Positions 1 to 7,637 of a stretch of DNA of 32,702 nt are shown one piece after another (the first letter of the stretch is position 1; each line of letters starts with the position of its first letter). Both the position numbers and the translations under genes were made by a program. The DNA comes from a virus. Lineage: Duplodnaviria > Caudoviricetes. The notes under the pieces were generated by a model, which worked only from the letters and a program-made list of their open reading frames with translations, did no database searches and was not told where the DNA came from. Location of the stretch: positions 1-32,702 of IMG/VR virus record IMGVR_UViG_3300012347_000095; one strand, given 5' to 3'.

Positions 1-121
1 CGAGAACATATCAGGCACAGAGCTTGACCACATATTTACCCTCGCTCTGTGCGGCCAACGCCAACAAGCACAGTCAGAGGCTTTGCAACTAATCTCCCGC
101 GTTGTCGGGCGCCCCATTTAA
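1..121 (+). CDS. 3' end of a hypothetical protein (partial)
   Basis: Open frame from nt 2 (ENISGTELDHIF...VVGRPI) to TAA at 119-121, same strand as the downstream genes. Confidence 0.5.
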   Translation, partial: ENISGTELDHIFTLALCGQRQQAQSEALQLISRVVGRPI

Positions 122-142
122 TCAACCACCAAAGGAAAAACC

Positions 143-655
143 ATGAGACTCACAAACTTTATTCGCGACGCATTCATTCGTGCAGCAATGCACGACGTGC
201 CAAAAAAAGATTATGAAGAGCAGGCGCAAAAGCTTGCGCGAGAATTTGTTAAGGCCAAGTTTGCAAAAGACTTTCCATCGATGGACTACGACAAAGCTGG
301 CGAATCTGGATGGTTCGAATCAAGCAGCCTTGAAATGCCTCGCCACATAGGAAACATCTACATGAAGGTGACCACAGGTTACGGCATGATCAAGCGAGAT
401 GAGAAGACATGGGCCAAGCTTGAAGAGCTGAGTGTTAAAAAGAAAGAGCAAGACGAAAACATGTCAGCGCTTGAGTATCGACTGCGCGGCGTCGCTTATG
501 CCTGCACAACACGCAAGCAACTCGAAGAGGCTTTGCCAGGGTTCAAGGCATACTTACCAGAGGAAGAGGCCAAGGCGGCAAAGACTCTTCCAGCGGTAGC
601 AAACGTATTAGCAGACTTCACAAAGGCTGGCTGGCCAGCGAAAGGTAAAAAATGA
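143..655 (+). CDS. Nmad5-like (nucleotide modification associated domain 5) protein
   Basis: 170 aa; AAGGA SD; N-terminal MRLTxxIR and C-terminal TTRKQLEEALPxFKAYLP resemble the Nmad5 family. Confidence 0.65.
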   Translation: MRLTNFIRDAFIRAAMHDVPKKDYEEQAQKLAREFVKAKFAKDFPSMDYDKAGESGWFESSSLEMPRHIGNIYMKVTTGYGMIKRDEKTWAKLEELSVKKKEQDENMSALEYRLRGVAYACTTRKQLEEALPGFKAYLPEEEAKAAKTLPAVANVLADFTKAGWPAKGKK

Positions 656-882
656 AATTCATCGCCAAGGTAATCGAGTTCATCAAGGCGTCGTTCCGCA
701 TGCCCAGTGCAGAGATGATGGCGCTCACAGAGTTGGAGCAGGCCAAGCGTGAGTTGCTTCAAATGCAGACCGCCAAGGACTACTCATCTCGAATGGTCGA
801 GTACAACCAAGACCGCATTCGCCGACTGACTGCGCACATCGCCAAGTCAACGCAAGTGCCAACACTGACGGACGTTGTATGA
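652..882 (+). CDS. hypothetical phage protein
   Basis: 76 aa; ATGA overlap with the upstream gene; helical heptad-like pattern. Confidence 0.75.
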   Translation: MKFIAKVIEFIKASFRMPSAEMMALTELEQAKRELLQMQTAKDYSSRMVEYNQDRIRRLTAHIAKSTQVPTLTDVV

Positions 883-1046
883 CAGCGACGTGGGCACTTG
901 TATTCATGCTGTGCTCGACCACTAGGTGCGAGCCGCAGTACGCCATCCCCTACAGCACTCGTGGTGAGTGCGTTAGGGCTATTCCAAAACAAGAGGGTAT
1001 GGTCATCAAAGAAAAGTATGTCTGCATCCCAATTTCAAAGGACTAA
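879..1046 (+). CDS. small 4-Cys protein with hydrophobic N-terminus
   Basis: Not in ORF track; read manually as MTATWALVFMLCSTTRCEPQY...ECVRAIP...YVCIPISKD (55 aa); ATGA-coupled. Confidence 0.65.
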   Translation: MTATWALVFMLCSTTRCEPQYAIPYSTRGECVRAIPKQEGMVIKEKYVCIPISKD

Positions 1047-1049
1047 AAA

Positions 1050-1358
1050 ATGAAGATACCTCACAAGCATGCAGAAGTCATTAAGGCGTGGGCCGATGGT
1101 GCAGAGATTCAGTGGTATGACGATTCGCCACGTGAGCACCGATGGAAAGACTGCCCTATATCTTTTATCTGGGACGTGCGATTTCAGTTTCGTGTGAAGC
1201 CAGAGCCAAAGCCAGACCACGTTTACTATGGTGTGTTCGACATGGATGGGTCGATGCATCTTGAGTCTTGCTTCACAAAGATCAATGACGATGGCGATCA
1301 GATCAAGCTTACCTTTGACGGCGAGACTGGAAAACTCAAGGCTGCCGAGGTGTTGTGA
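1050..1358 (+). CDS. hypothetical phage protein (KHAEVIKAWADG type)
   Basis: 102 aa; AAGGA SD; motif typical of proteobacterial phage early genes. Confidence 0.8.
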   Translation: MKIPHKHAEVIKAWADGAEIQWYDDSPREHRWKDCPISFIWDVRFQFRVKPEPKPDHVYYGVFDMDGSMHLESCFTKINDDGDQIKLTFDGETGKLKAAEVL

Positions 1359-1387
1359 ATAAAAAACAACACCTGCAAAAATAATTC

Positions 1388-1415
1388 TTGTATGACTTCA
1401 CAACTGTGATACACT
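1388..1415 (+). promoter_or_regulatory. sigma70-type early promoter P1
   Basis: TTGTAT-N16-TACACT with extended TG; contains TCACA-N2-TGTGA palindrome; AT-rich upstream. Confidence 0.7.
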
Positions 1416-1462
1416 GAGTTCAACGAAGCAGAAAAAGCTTCCCGCCCCCAGCGGTTCTGGGG

Positions 1463-1480
1463 CACTCCAGAAGGACACAA
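1463..1480 (+). repeat. 18-bp leader/RBS repeat, copy 1 (copy 2 at 3557-3574)
   Basis: CACTCCAGAAGGACACAA is identical at both sites, each 1 nt before an ATG. Confidence 0.85.
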
Positions 1481-1481
1481 A

Positions 1482-1661
1482 ATGCAAATCCTAGTAGAAG
1501 TCAAAAACGTTTACGGCGTTCAAACCGTATACCCAATCTGCGAACAAGCAAAGTTCTTCGCTGCATTGGCAGGAACCAAGACCCTCACCCCACAAGCACT
1601 CAAGCTGATCAAGCAAGCTGGCTACCAAGTCTGCGTTGCAACCCCAGAACTCGCAATCTAA
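1482..1661 (+). CDS. hypothetical phage protein
   Basis: Not in ORF track; MQILVEVKNVYGVQTVYPICEQAKFFAALAGTKTLT...ELAI (59 aa); AAGGA SD. Confidence 0.85.
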   Translation: MQILVEVKNVYGVQTVYPICEQAKFFAALAGTKTLTPQALKLIKQAGYQVCVATPELAI

Positions 1662-1674
1662 TTAGGAGCACACC

Positions 1675-1974
1675 ATGTTCAACTTAAACGACATCGACAA
1701 CATTGAATCCAACGACTGCGGCGCTGACGAATACTACGCCTCGATCCAGAACGCAATCAACAGCGGCATGTGGGGTTTGCAAGGTAGCTACGGTCGCACC
1801 ATGATGGAAGCCATCAACTCTGGCTGCTGCTTGCTTGGCAAGTCTCGTGCTCGTGACTACTACGGCAACGTAATCCCAAGCCGCGACGACGTCAAGGCAG
1901 GGACCAAAGGCAGCTACGACTTCGTGGCCGACGCCATGGGTGTTGAGTACGCAGACGCAATGGCTGCACTATAA
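1675..1974 (+). CDS. hypothetical phage protein
   Basis: 99 aa; AGGAG SD; LQGSYGR and DYYGNxIP motifs. Confidence 0.85.
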   Translation: MFNLNDIDNIESNDCGADEYYASIQNAINSGMWGLQGSYGRTMMEAINSGCCLLGKSRARDYYGNVIPSRDDVKAGTKGSYDFVADAMGVEYADAMAAL

Positions 1975-1977
1975 TAT

Positions 1978-1989
1978 CTGTGATACAAT
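1978..1989 (+). promoter_or_regulatory. extended -10 early promoter P2
   Basis: CTGTGATACAAT (TG-n-TACAAT) in an intergenic gap. Confidence 0.65.
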
Positions 1990-2034
1990 AACTTCACTGG
2001 CCCAGCAGATTCTGGGACACATCAGGAGATCATC

Positions 2035-2511
2035 ATGTCAGCATTCATCGTTTCAAATACTCAGATCAACGCCATCGTTCGTGCCGCCAGTCGCATGGGC
2101 TTGTCCTACCAATACGCAGGCATGACTCGCCGCGTTGCAGGCATGGAGCAGGAGATGGCTGAGATGCTTCTCTGCGCAAACTACGACAGCGTCAACGCTC
2201 GCTACAAAGGAGACAACCTGCCACGCGAAATCATTTATCGCCTCGACGCGCCACTCTTGCCTGCTTTGTCGATCATCAAGTTGGCAATCAGCTTGGCCTA
2301 CCAAAGCTGTGAGTTCGACGAGTACGACGCCAGCGAATCCAAAGCTTTTACAGATGCGTTGATTAGATGGTCAGTCAACAAGTTGCCAGGATATGACGCA
2401 GCACCATGGGCAATCGACGACGACGAGCCTGCTGGACCAGTCGGTTTGGTTGAGCAGATGAATGCTCTCAAAAAAGCTGGTCGTTTGATCGTTGTAAAAG
2501 TTGGAGATTGA
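2035..2511 (+). CDS. hypothetical phage protein
   Basis: 158 aa; AGGAG SD; MSAFIVS, NxxSVNARY, YQSCE and APW motifs. Confidence 0.85.
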   Translation: MSAFIVSNTQINAIVRAASRMGLSYQYAGMTRRVAGMEQEMAEMLLCANYDSVNARYKGDNLPREIIYRLDAPLLPALSIIKLAISLAYQSCEFDEYDASESKAFTDALIRWSVNKLPGYDAAPWAIDDDEPAGPVGLVEQMNALKKAGRLIVVKVGD

Positions 2512-2972
2512 TCATGACAAAAATTCTTTTAGGAAAACTCAAGTCAGGCGCAGGCACCTTTGCTGATGGCGAGAACATTTGGCTCACCAAGCAAGAGTGG
2601 GCGTGTGGATGGTATTGGTCATTTGGTTACCTTGGTAACAACAAATGCCACTTTCATTTTGACAGCCTGCTGTACATCAAGGACAGCAAAGGCAGTGTCA
2701 AGTACACAGCAAGCGATCTGTTCGAGTCGACAAACATCAGCGACAAAGAGTGGTGGGTAGTGCGTGACTTGTTTGTTCAAGCTTATGCATTGCAAAAAGC
2801 TGCCGAGGTATACCGATACGGTGGACACCAATCGACAGTGGTAGACGTGACAGACGTACTCAAAGATGCAGACATGGCCAAGCGTTTGAATGCAGATTTA
2901 GAAAAGATTCTCAACGTGTTATGGGACTACGCCTGCAAGGCAATTGAAAAGAAAGAAGAGGTGACAGCATGA
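2508..2972 (+). CDS. hypothetical phage protein
   Basis: 154 aa (start may be ATG 2514); GGAG SD; WxCGWYWSFGYL motif. Confidence 0.8.
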   Translation: MIMTKILLGKLKSGAGTFADGENIWLTKQEWACGWYWSFGYLGNNKCHFHFDSLLYIKDSKGSVKYTASDLFESTNISDKEWWVVRDLFVQAYALQKAAEVYRYGGHQSTVVDVTDVLKDADMAKRLNADLEKILNVLWDYACKAIEKKEEVTA

Positions 2973-3148
2973 TCAAAATCGAAATCAACAACAGCGGCGC
3001 CTCGTTCGTGGACGAGGGTCCACGCGAAGAGATCGCTCGCATCCTGCGCGAGCTGGCTATTCGAATCGAGGAGGGTCAGACCCCAACAATCGTTCGCGAT
3101 CTCAACGGCAACAAGTGTGGCACGGTCACCATGGATTTGGGGGATTGA
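2969..3148 (+). CDS. hypothetical phage protein
   Basis: Not in ORF track; MIKIEINNSGASF...EIARILRELA...RDLNGNKCG (59 aa); GAGG SD; ATGA-coupled. Confidence 0.8.
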   Translation: MIKIEINNSGASFVDEGPREEIARILRELAIRIEEGQTPTIVRDLNGNKCGTVTMDLGD

Positions 3149-3149
3149 C

Positions 3150-3515
3150 ATGCGCATCGAGATGAACATTCGCCTAGACGTCCGTGGTGCTCGCAACAGC
3201 ATCAGGGACTGCGAGATCAGGGCCAACCAAGCCCTAGACTTTATCGGTCGCAACATTGGGTACTACAGGGCTCGACGCTATGACCACCAAGCTGAGCGTG
3301 ACGACGGCACGCTTGAGTACCAACAAAACATTTTGGTGGCGGTCGACATCGATGCCATGTCGCTCAGCTTTGCTGACGACATCAACGAGCTGTGCCGCCT
3401 ACTGCAACAGGACTGCATTGCCATCAATCAACAAGGCACGACCAGCGGCTGGGTGATCGGCCCACACCCAGAACGCTACGGTAAATTTAATTTCGAAAAG
3501 TTTGTACCAGTATAA
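3150..3515 (+). CDS. putative SAM lyase-like early protein
   Basis: 121 aa from ATG 3150 with GGGGA SD; LCxxLxQDCIA, GxxIGP and GxFN resemble phage SAM lyase-like proteins. CDS is secure, function tentative. Confidence 0.45.
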   Translation: MRIEMNIRLDVRGARNSIRDCEIRANQALDFIGRNIGYYRARRYDHQAERDDGTLEYQQNILVAVDIDAMSLSFADDINELCRLLQQDCIAINQQGTTSGWVIGPHPERYGKFNFEKFVPV

Positions 3516-3530
3516 AAACTGTGATATACT
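3502..3530 (+). promoter_or_regulatory. sigma70-type promoter P3 ahead of the recombination/replication genes
   Basis: TTGTAC-N17-TATACT with extended TG (CTGTGATATACT). Confidence 0.75.
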
Positions 3531-3575
3531 TTCTTCAAGACGGCAAGTTTTTTAACCACTCCAGAAGGACACAAT

Positions 3576-3956
3576 ATGAAAACCATTCAAGACCTCGTTG
3601 CTGCACGCATTGCAGCCAAGCGTGAAGAAGACGCAGCCGTGGCTAAGCGCCGCGAGCTTGACGAGCAAATCTCCCTCCAACTCTCGACAGGTAAGGCCGA
3701 AGGCACTGAGTCGTTGAAGCTCCCCGAGCTTGGTGCAAAAGTGACTGTGACTTACAAGGTCACACGCAAGGTCGACACAGAAGCCTTGCAAACTGGTTGG
3801 GAAAACCTGTCTGCTGAACAGCAGGCAGCATTCAAGTGGAGCGCCGACGTCAGCGTCAGCGCGCTGCGTAAGTTCGAAGGCAATGACTTGGTCACGGTCT
3901 CAAAGTTCTTTGAGTCCAAGCCAGCTGCGCCATCCATCAAAGTCGAAATGATCTAA
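3576..3956 (+). CDS. hypothetical protein of the recombination module
   Basis: 126 aa; AAGGA SD; N-terminal coiled coil, then VTVTYKVTRKVD. Confidence 0.85.
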   Translation: MKTIQDLVAARIAAKREEDAAVAKRRELDEQISLQLSTGKAEGTESLKLPELGAKVTVTYKVTRKVDTEALQTGWENLSAEQQAAFKWSADVSVSALRKFEGNDLVTVSKFFESKPAAPSIKVEMI

Positions 3957-3965
3957 GGAAAAACA

Positions 3966-4370
3966 ATGGACAAAAATATTGCAGCTATCTTGCGCCAAGA
4001 TACAAAAACAATCGGCGTTGTATTCGGTGACGGCTTCAATCAAACGAAGGCGTACACCTATGTGAGTAGTGAGTCTGGAATTGAAGTTGGTGACACGGTC
4101 ATTGTGCCAAGTGGATCTGACGACAACTACAAACTTGCAACCGTGGTGCGAGTTGACGAGGATTTGGAGATTGAACCAAACTCCAGCGTTGCATATCGTT
4201 GGATTGTTTGCAAAGTCAACTTCGATAACTACGCAAACAACCTTTCTCGAAACAAAGAGATCGAGAAAAAATTGGCTGGTGCATACCGAACCAATGCGCG
4301 TCAAGCATACGCTCAACAATTCCTTGTTGGCGCAAGCGAGGATGTTATGGCCCTCGTCAATGGTAAATAA
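3966..4370 (+). CDS. hypothetical phage protein
   Basis: 134 aa; AAGGA SD; YTY...VGDxVIVP motif. Confidence 0.85.
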   Translation: MDKNIAAILRQDTKTIGVVFGDGFNQTKAYTYVSSESGIEVGDTVIVPSGSDDNYKLATVVRVDEDLEIEPNSSVAYRWIVCKVNFDNYANNLSRNKEIEKKLAGAYRTNARQAYAQQFLVGASEDVMALVNGK

Positions 4371-4389
4371 TTTTTAACAGGAGACCTTA

Positions 4390-5082
4390 ATGGCAATCGT
4401 TCTTTCATCCACCAAGCAAGCTGCCGAAATCAGCGGCTTGAAGTTCTTGGTTCACGGTCCAGCTGGCGCAGGTAAGACTACTCTGTGCGGCACGACTGGT
4501 GAATCCACCATCATCATCAGCGCCGAGTCTGGCTTGTTGTCACTGCGTCACTTAGACATTCCAGTGATTGAGGTCAAGACGCTTGACCAACTGTACGAAG
4601 CCTATGACTTTGTGGCCAACACGCCAGAGGGTCAAGCATTCAAATGGATCTGCTTGGACTCGATCAGCGAGATCGCTGAGGTGGTGCTCAACCACGAGAA
4701 GAAGGCAGCCAAAGATCCGCGCCAAGCATACGGTGCATTGGCCGAGAAGATGACGGACCTGATCCGTGCATTCCGCGACATGCCCGCACGCAATGTGATG
4801 TTCTCTTGCAAGCAAGAGCGCGCCAAAGACGAGCAGACTGGCGCGATGCTGTACTACCCAGCCATGCCTGGCAACATGTTGAAGCAAGGCGTCGGCTACT
4901 TCTTTGATTTCGTCTTCGCCCTTCGCGTCGAGAAGGACGGCGACGGCAACCCCACACGTTGGCTGCAAACCAGCCGCGACTATAACTACGAAGCTAAAGA
5001 CCGCTCAGGCAGTCTTGAGATGTTCGAGTCCCCCGACCTATCGGCAATCGCCGCGAAAGTCAAATCAACCTCAGCCAACTAA
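4390..5082 (+). CDS. AAA_24 / Sak4-like ATPase
   Basis: Walker A GPAGAGKT; Walker B ICLDSISE; C-terminal AKDRSG; adjacent to SSB. Confidence 0.85.
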   Translation: MAIVLSSTKQAAEISGLKFLVHGPAGAGKTTLCGTTGESTIIISAESGLLSLRHLDIPVIEVKTLDQLYEAYDFVANTPEGQAFKWICLDSISEIAEVVLNHEKKAAKDPRQAYGALAEKMTDLIRAFRDMPARNVMFSCKQERAKDEQTGAMLYYPAMPGNMLKQGVGYFFDFVFALRVEKDGDGNPTRWLQTSRDYNYEAKDRSGSLEMFESPDLSAIAAKVKSTSAN

Positions 5083-5102
5083 TCCCTAGAAAGGACACCC
5101 AA

Positions 5103-5633
5103 ATGGCACGCTTTAATTTCAATACAGGCAGCGTTGAGAAACGCGAAAACAACTACGAACTCCTGCCCGCAGGATGGTACATCGCTCAGGTCTCTGAGTC
5201 CGACATCGTGGCCCTCAACTCTGGTAACGGTCAAGCATTGAAGCTCACCTTCGACATCTTGTCTGACCAAGGTCGTGGCCGCAAAGTGTGGTCGCGTCTG
5301 AACATTCAGCACACCAACCCCAAGGCAGAGACCATCGCTCAGCAACAGCTGCGCGAGCTGTGTGATTCAATCGGTATCGTGCAAATGCAAGACACCGTCG
5401 AGCTGCACAACAAGCCTGTCCAAATCCGCGTGAAGATCCGCAAATCTGATGACCCACAGTATGAAGATCAAAATGAAATTGCTGGCTTTAAGCCTGTCGA
5501 TGGCGCAGCTTCTGGTGGCGCAGCAGTTCCACCTGGCACCGTTCCTCGCCCATTCTCGGCAGCAGCAAACACGGCAGCCGCGCCAGCAGCGGCGGCACCC
5601 ACAGGCTCAGCCCCTCCTTGGGCTAAGAAGTAA
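5103..5633 (+). CDS. DUF669 family ssDNA-binding protein
   Basis: LPAGWY...LKLTF...GRKVW..LN...NEI motifs; Ala/Pro tail ending PPWAKK. Confidence 0.8.
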   Translation: MARFNFNTGSVEKRENNYELLPAGWYIAQVSESDIVALNSGNGQALKLTFDILSDQGRGRKVWSRLNIQHTNPKAETIAQQQLRELCDSIGIVQMQDTVELHNKPVQIRVKIRKSDDPQYEDQNEIAGFKPVDGAASGGAAVPPGTVPRPFSAAANTAAAPAAAAPTGSAPPWAKK

Positions 5634-5638
5634 TTGAC

Positions 5639-5726
5639 GAGGTCGAAAGCGGATGCTGTGCTTGGTTCGATTCCAGCATTAGGCAACGACATGGTAGTGG
5701 CTACCACAGTGCAGCGAGTAGACCTC
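5639..5726 (+). ncRNA. putative structured RNA with loop-E and T-loop motifs
   Basis: Outer helix GAGGTC/GACCTC; GAA/AGTA loop-E motif; GGTTCGATTCC T-loop hairpin; TGGTAG/CTACCA hairpin. Confidence 0.55.
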
Positions 5727-5735
5727 ACCTATAAC

Positions 5736-5780
5736 GGGCGGCAGCTACAGCAGTATTCGGATGGGCCGAATACGCCGCCC
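5736..5780 (+). other. bulged stem-loop in a gene leader
   Basis: GGGCGGC/GCCGCCC plus GTATTCGG/CCGAATAC. Confidence 0.6.
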
Positions 5781-5797
5781 ACCTTTGAAAGAAAACC

Positions 5798-6082
5798 ATG
5801 ACAGAAAATCAAGACACCTTGCCAGTACGCGTGACCATGGAAAGCATGCTGGCCAAGATCAAGAAGACTGAGTACACGGTGTTGGGTGATACCACCACCA
5901 CGTTGTGCATGCTCACACTCGAGAACGGTCACACGATTCTCGGCACAAGTGCATGCGTAGACCCTGCTCAGTACAACAAGGCGACTGGTGAGAAGTACGC
6001 CTTTGAGAAAGCCATTGACCACATGTGGCCACTCGAAGGTTACCTGCTTGCAGAGAAGCGTTACCAAGCAAGTCTCAAATGA
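5798..6082 (+). CDS. Phage_gp49_66 family protein (possible Acb4-like nucleotide sponge)
   Basis: TxCxLxLENGxxxxGxSACVDP...GEKYA...WPLEGYLL signature. Confidence 0.75.
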   Translation: MTENQDTLPVRVTMESMLAKIKKTEYTVLGDTTTTLCMLTLENGHTILGTSACVDPAQYNKATGEKYAFEKAIDHMWPLEGYLLAEKRYQASLK

Positions 6083-6270
6083 ACAAGCCACCAATCATCA
6101 ATATCAAGATGGTCCCCGCTGGCGTCGAGCTAGTGTTGGCTGCTTTGAACAAGATGCCTCGCGAACAAAGCGACGGCGTCTACCAAGAGATTGAGGCGCA
6201 GTACCAGTTCCAACTGATGCAAATCAAATCTCTCCAACTCTCTCAACAACCCGAAGGAAAAACAGAATGA
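6079..6270 (+). CDS. hypothetical protein
   Basis: 63 aa from ATG 6079 (MNKPP...); ATGA-coupled at both ends. Confidence 0.75.
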   Translation: MNKPPIINIKMVPAGVELVLAALNKMPREQSDGVYQEIEAQYQFQLMQIKSLQLSQQPEGKTE

Positions 6271-6479
6271 CAACTCGTATCTACTCAGTCCAATCAACCA
6301 CTGGCGACGGCTTCCACCTCGTCGAAGCAAGCACCAAGAACGCGGCACTGCGCCACGTTGCCGAAGGCTTGTTCCACGTTGAAGTGGCAAACCAAAAGAC
6401 ACTCGTCGCAGCAATGCAAGACGGCGTGAAGATCGAAGTCGCTGGCGCTGAAGTGCCAACAACTCAGACAGCCGAGTAA
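6267..6479 (+). CDS. hypothetical protein
   Basis: 70 aa; AAGGA SD; RIYxV...LVEA...ALRHVA motif. Confidence 0.8.
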   Translation: MTTRIYSVQSTTGDGFHLVEASTKNAALRHVAEGLFHVEVANQKTLVAAMQDGVKIEVAGAEVPTTQTAE

Positions 6480-6484
6480 TCGGT

Positions 6485-6564
6485 GGCTCCCTTCGGGGAG
6501 CCTGCAAATTTGAGGGTCAGCCTCTGGGGGTTCTCGGGGGAGATCACTGGCCCTCAAATTTGCA
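6485..6564 (+). other. intergenic double stem-loop
   Basis: GGCTCCC-TTCG-GGGAGCC hairpin, then a 14-bp perfect inverted repeat TGCAAATTTGAGGG/CCCTCAAATTTGCA. Confidence 0.7.
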
Positions 6565-6581
6565 ACAAGACGGAGAACAGC

Positions 6582-7637
6582 ATGGCAGCATTGCCCGAAC
6601 CAAACCACACCACGGTCGCTAAGATTTACAAAGCCTACGAAGACGATGCCGATTCAGGCAATCGTCCGCATTTGGGCGCCTCCCTGATTGGTCGACCATG
6701 CGAGCGGCAACTGTGGCTGACCTTTCGATGGGTCGATGCCAAGAAGTTCAGCGGCCGCATGCTGCGCCTATTCGAGACTGGCCAAATGGCTGAGGCCCGC
6801 TTCACTGCAAACCTACGACGCATCGGCATCGAGGTCCACGACGTCACGCCAGATGGCAATCAGTGGCGCGTGCAGGCTTTGGGTAACCACTTCGGTGGCA
6901 GCATGGACGGTGCAGGTGTGGGCTTCCCAGAGGCGCCTAAGACTTGGCACGTGCTCGAGTACAAAACCCATGGCGAGAAAAGCTTTACCGAGTTGGTAAA
7001 GAAAAAAGTCCAAGGCGCAAAGCCAGAGCACTACGCACAGATGCAAATCTACATGGGCCTCACTGGCTTGGAGCGCGCGTTCTACTTGGCCGTCAACAAG
7101 AACACTGACGAGCTGTACAGCGAGCGCGTCGACTTCGACGTGAACGAGTTCGCCAAGCTGAAGGCTAGGGCTGAGCGCGTCGTGTTCTCGAACGAGCCAC
7201 CACTCAAGATCAACAACGACCCGAGCTGGTTCACCTGCAAGATGTGTGACTTCCACGCCCACTGCCATGGCGAGATGGCGCCTGCCGTCAACTGTCGCAC
7301 GTGCGCACACTCAACCGCTGAGCCTGATGGTGATGCACGTTGGTCTTGCGCGCACCACAAGTTTGATCTCACGCTCGAGGTCCAGCGTGAGGGCTGCACC
7401 AACCATCGCTACATCCCAATCTTGTTGGACAACTTCGCCACCATGACCGACTTCGTGGACGGTGACGTTGTATATACAACCAAGGCCACTGGTCAAACCT
7501 TTGCCAACGGTGAGCGCCTAACCTCACTCGACTCGCAAGAGATCCGTGACTTGGAAAACAAGCTGCTGCTTGGTGACGTGGCCAAGCTGAAGCTTGATTT
7601 GCAGGCACAAGGTGTGAGCGGAACGGTGGTGAAGTAA
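6582..7637 (+). CDS. Cas4-like PD-(D/E)xK exonuclease
   Basis: Start at ATG 6582 (GGAG SD); HLGAS..G.PC, GSMDG, LEYKT, HYAQMQ.YM, CxxCxF...C and CRTC motifs. Confidence 0.85.
   Translation: MAALPEPNHTTVAKIYKAYEDDADSGNRPHLGASLIGRPCERQLWLTFRWVDAKKFSGRMLRLFETGQMAEARFTANLRRIGIEVHDVTPDGNQWRVQALGNHFGGSMDGAGVGFPEAPKTWHVLEYKTHGEKSFTELVKKKVQGAKPEHYAQMQIYMGLTGLERAFYLAVNKNTDELYSERVDFDVNEFAKLKARAERVVFSNEPPLKINNDPSWFTCKMCDFHAHCHGEMAPAVNCRTCAHSTAEPDGDARWSCAHHKFDLTLEVQREGCTNHRYIPILLDNFATMTDFVDGDVVYTTKATGQTFANGERLTSLDSQEIRDLENKLLLGDVAKLKLDLQAQGVSGTVVK

Noticed and set aside
1398-1409. CRP site suggested by TGTGA/TCACA half-sites
   Set aside because: Half-sites are in the opposite order with 2-nt spacing, not TGTGA-N6-TCACA
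5660-5735. tRNA gene suggested by GGTTCGATTCC
   Set aside because: The T-loop lies in the 5' half of the structure, with no D-arm, anticodon arm or acceptor stem in tRNA order
6485-6502. Intrinsic terminator
   Set aside because: Strong hairpin but no U-tract immediately after it on either strand
6483-6581. 33-aa N-terminal extension of the exonuclease given by the ORF track
   Set aside because: It overlaps strong stem-loops, and ATG 6582 has a GGAG SD
6582-7637. CRISPR-Cas locus suggested by the Cas4-like gene
   Set aside because: No repeat-spacer array or other cas genes; the context is a phage recombination module
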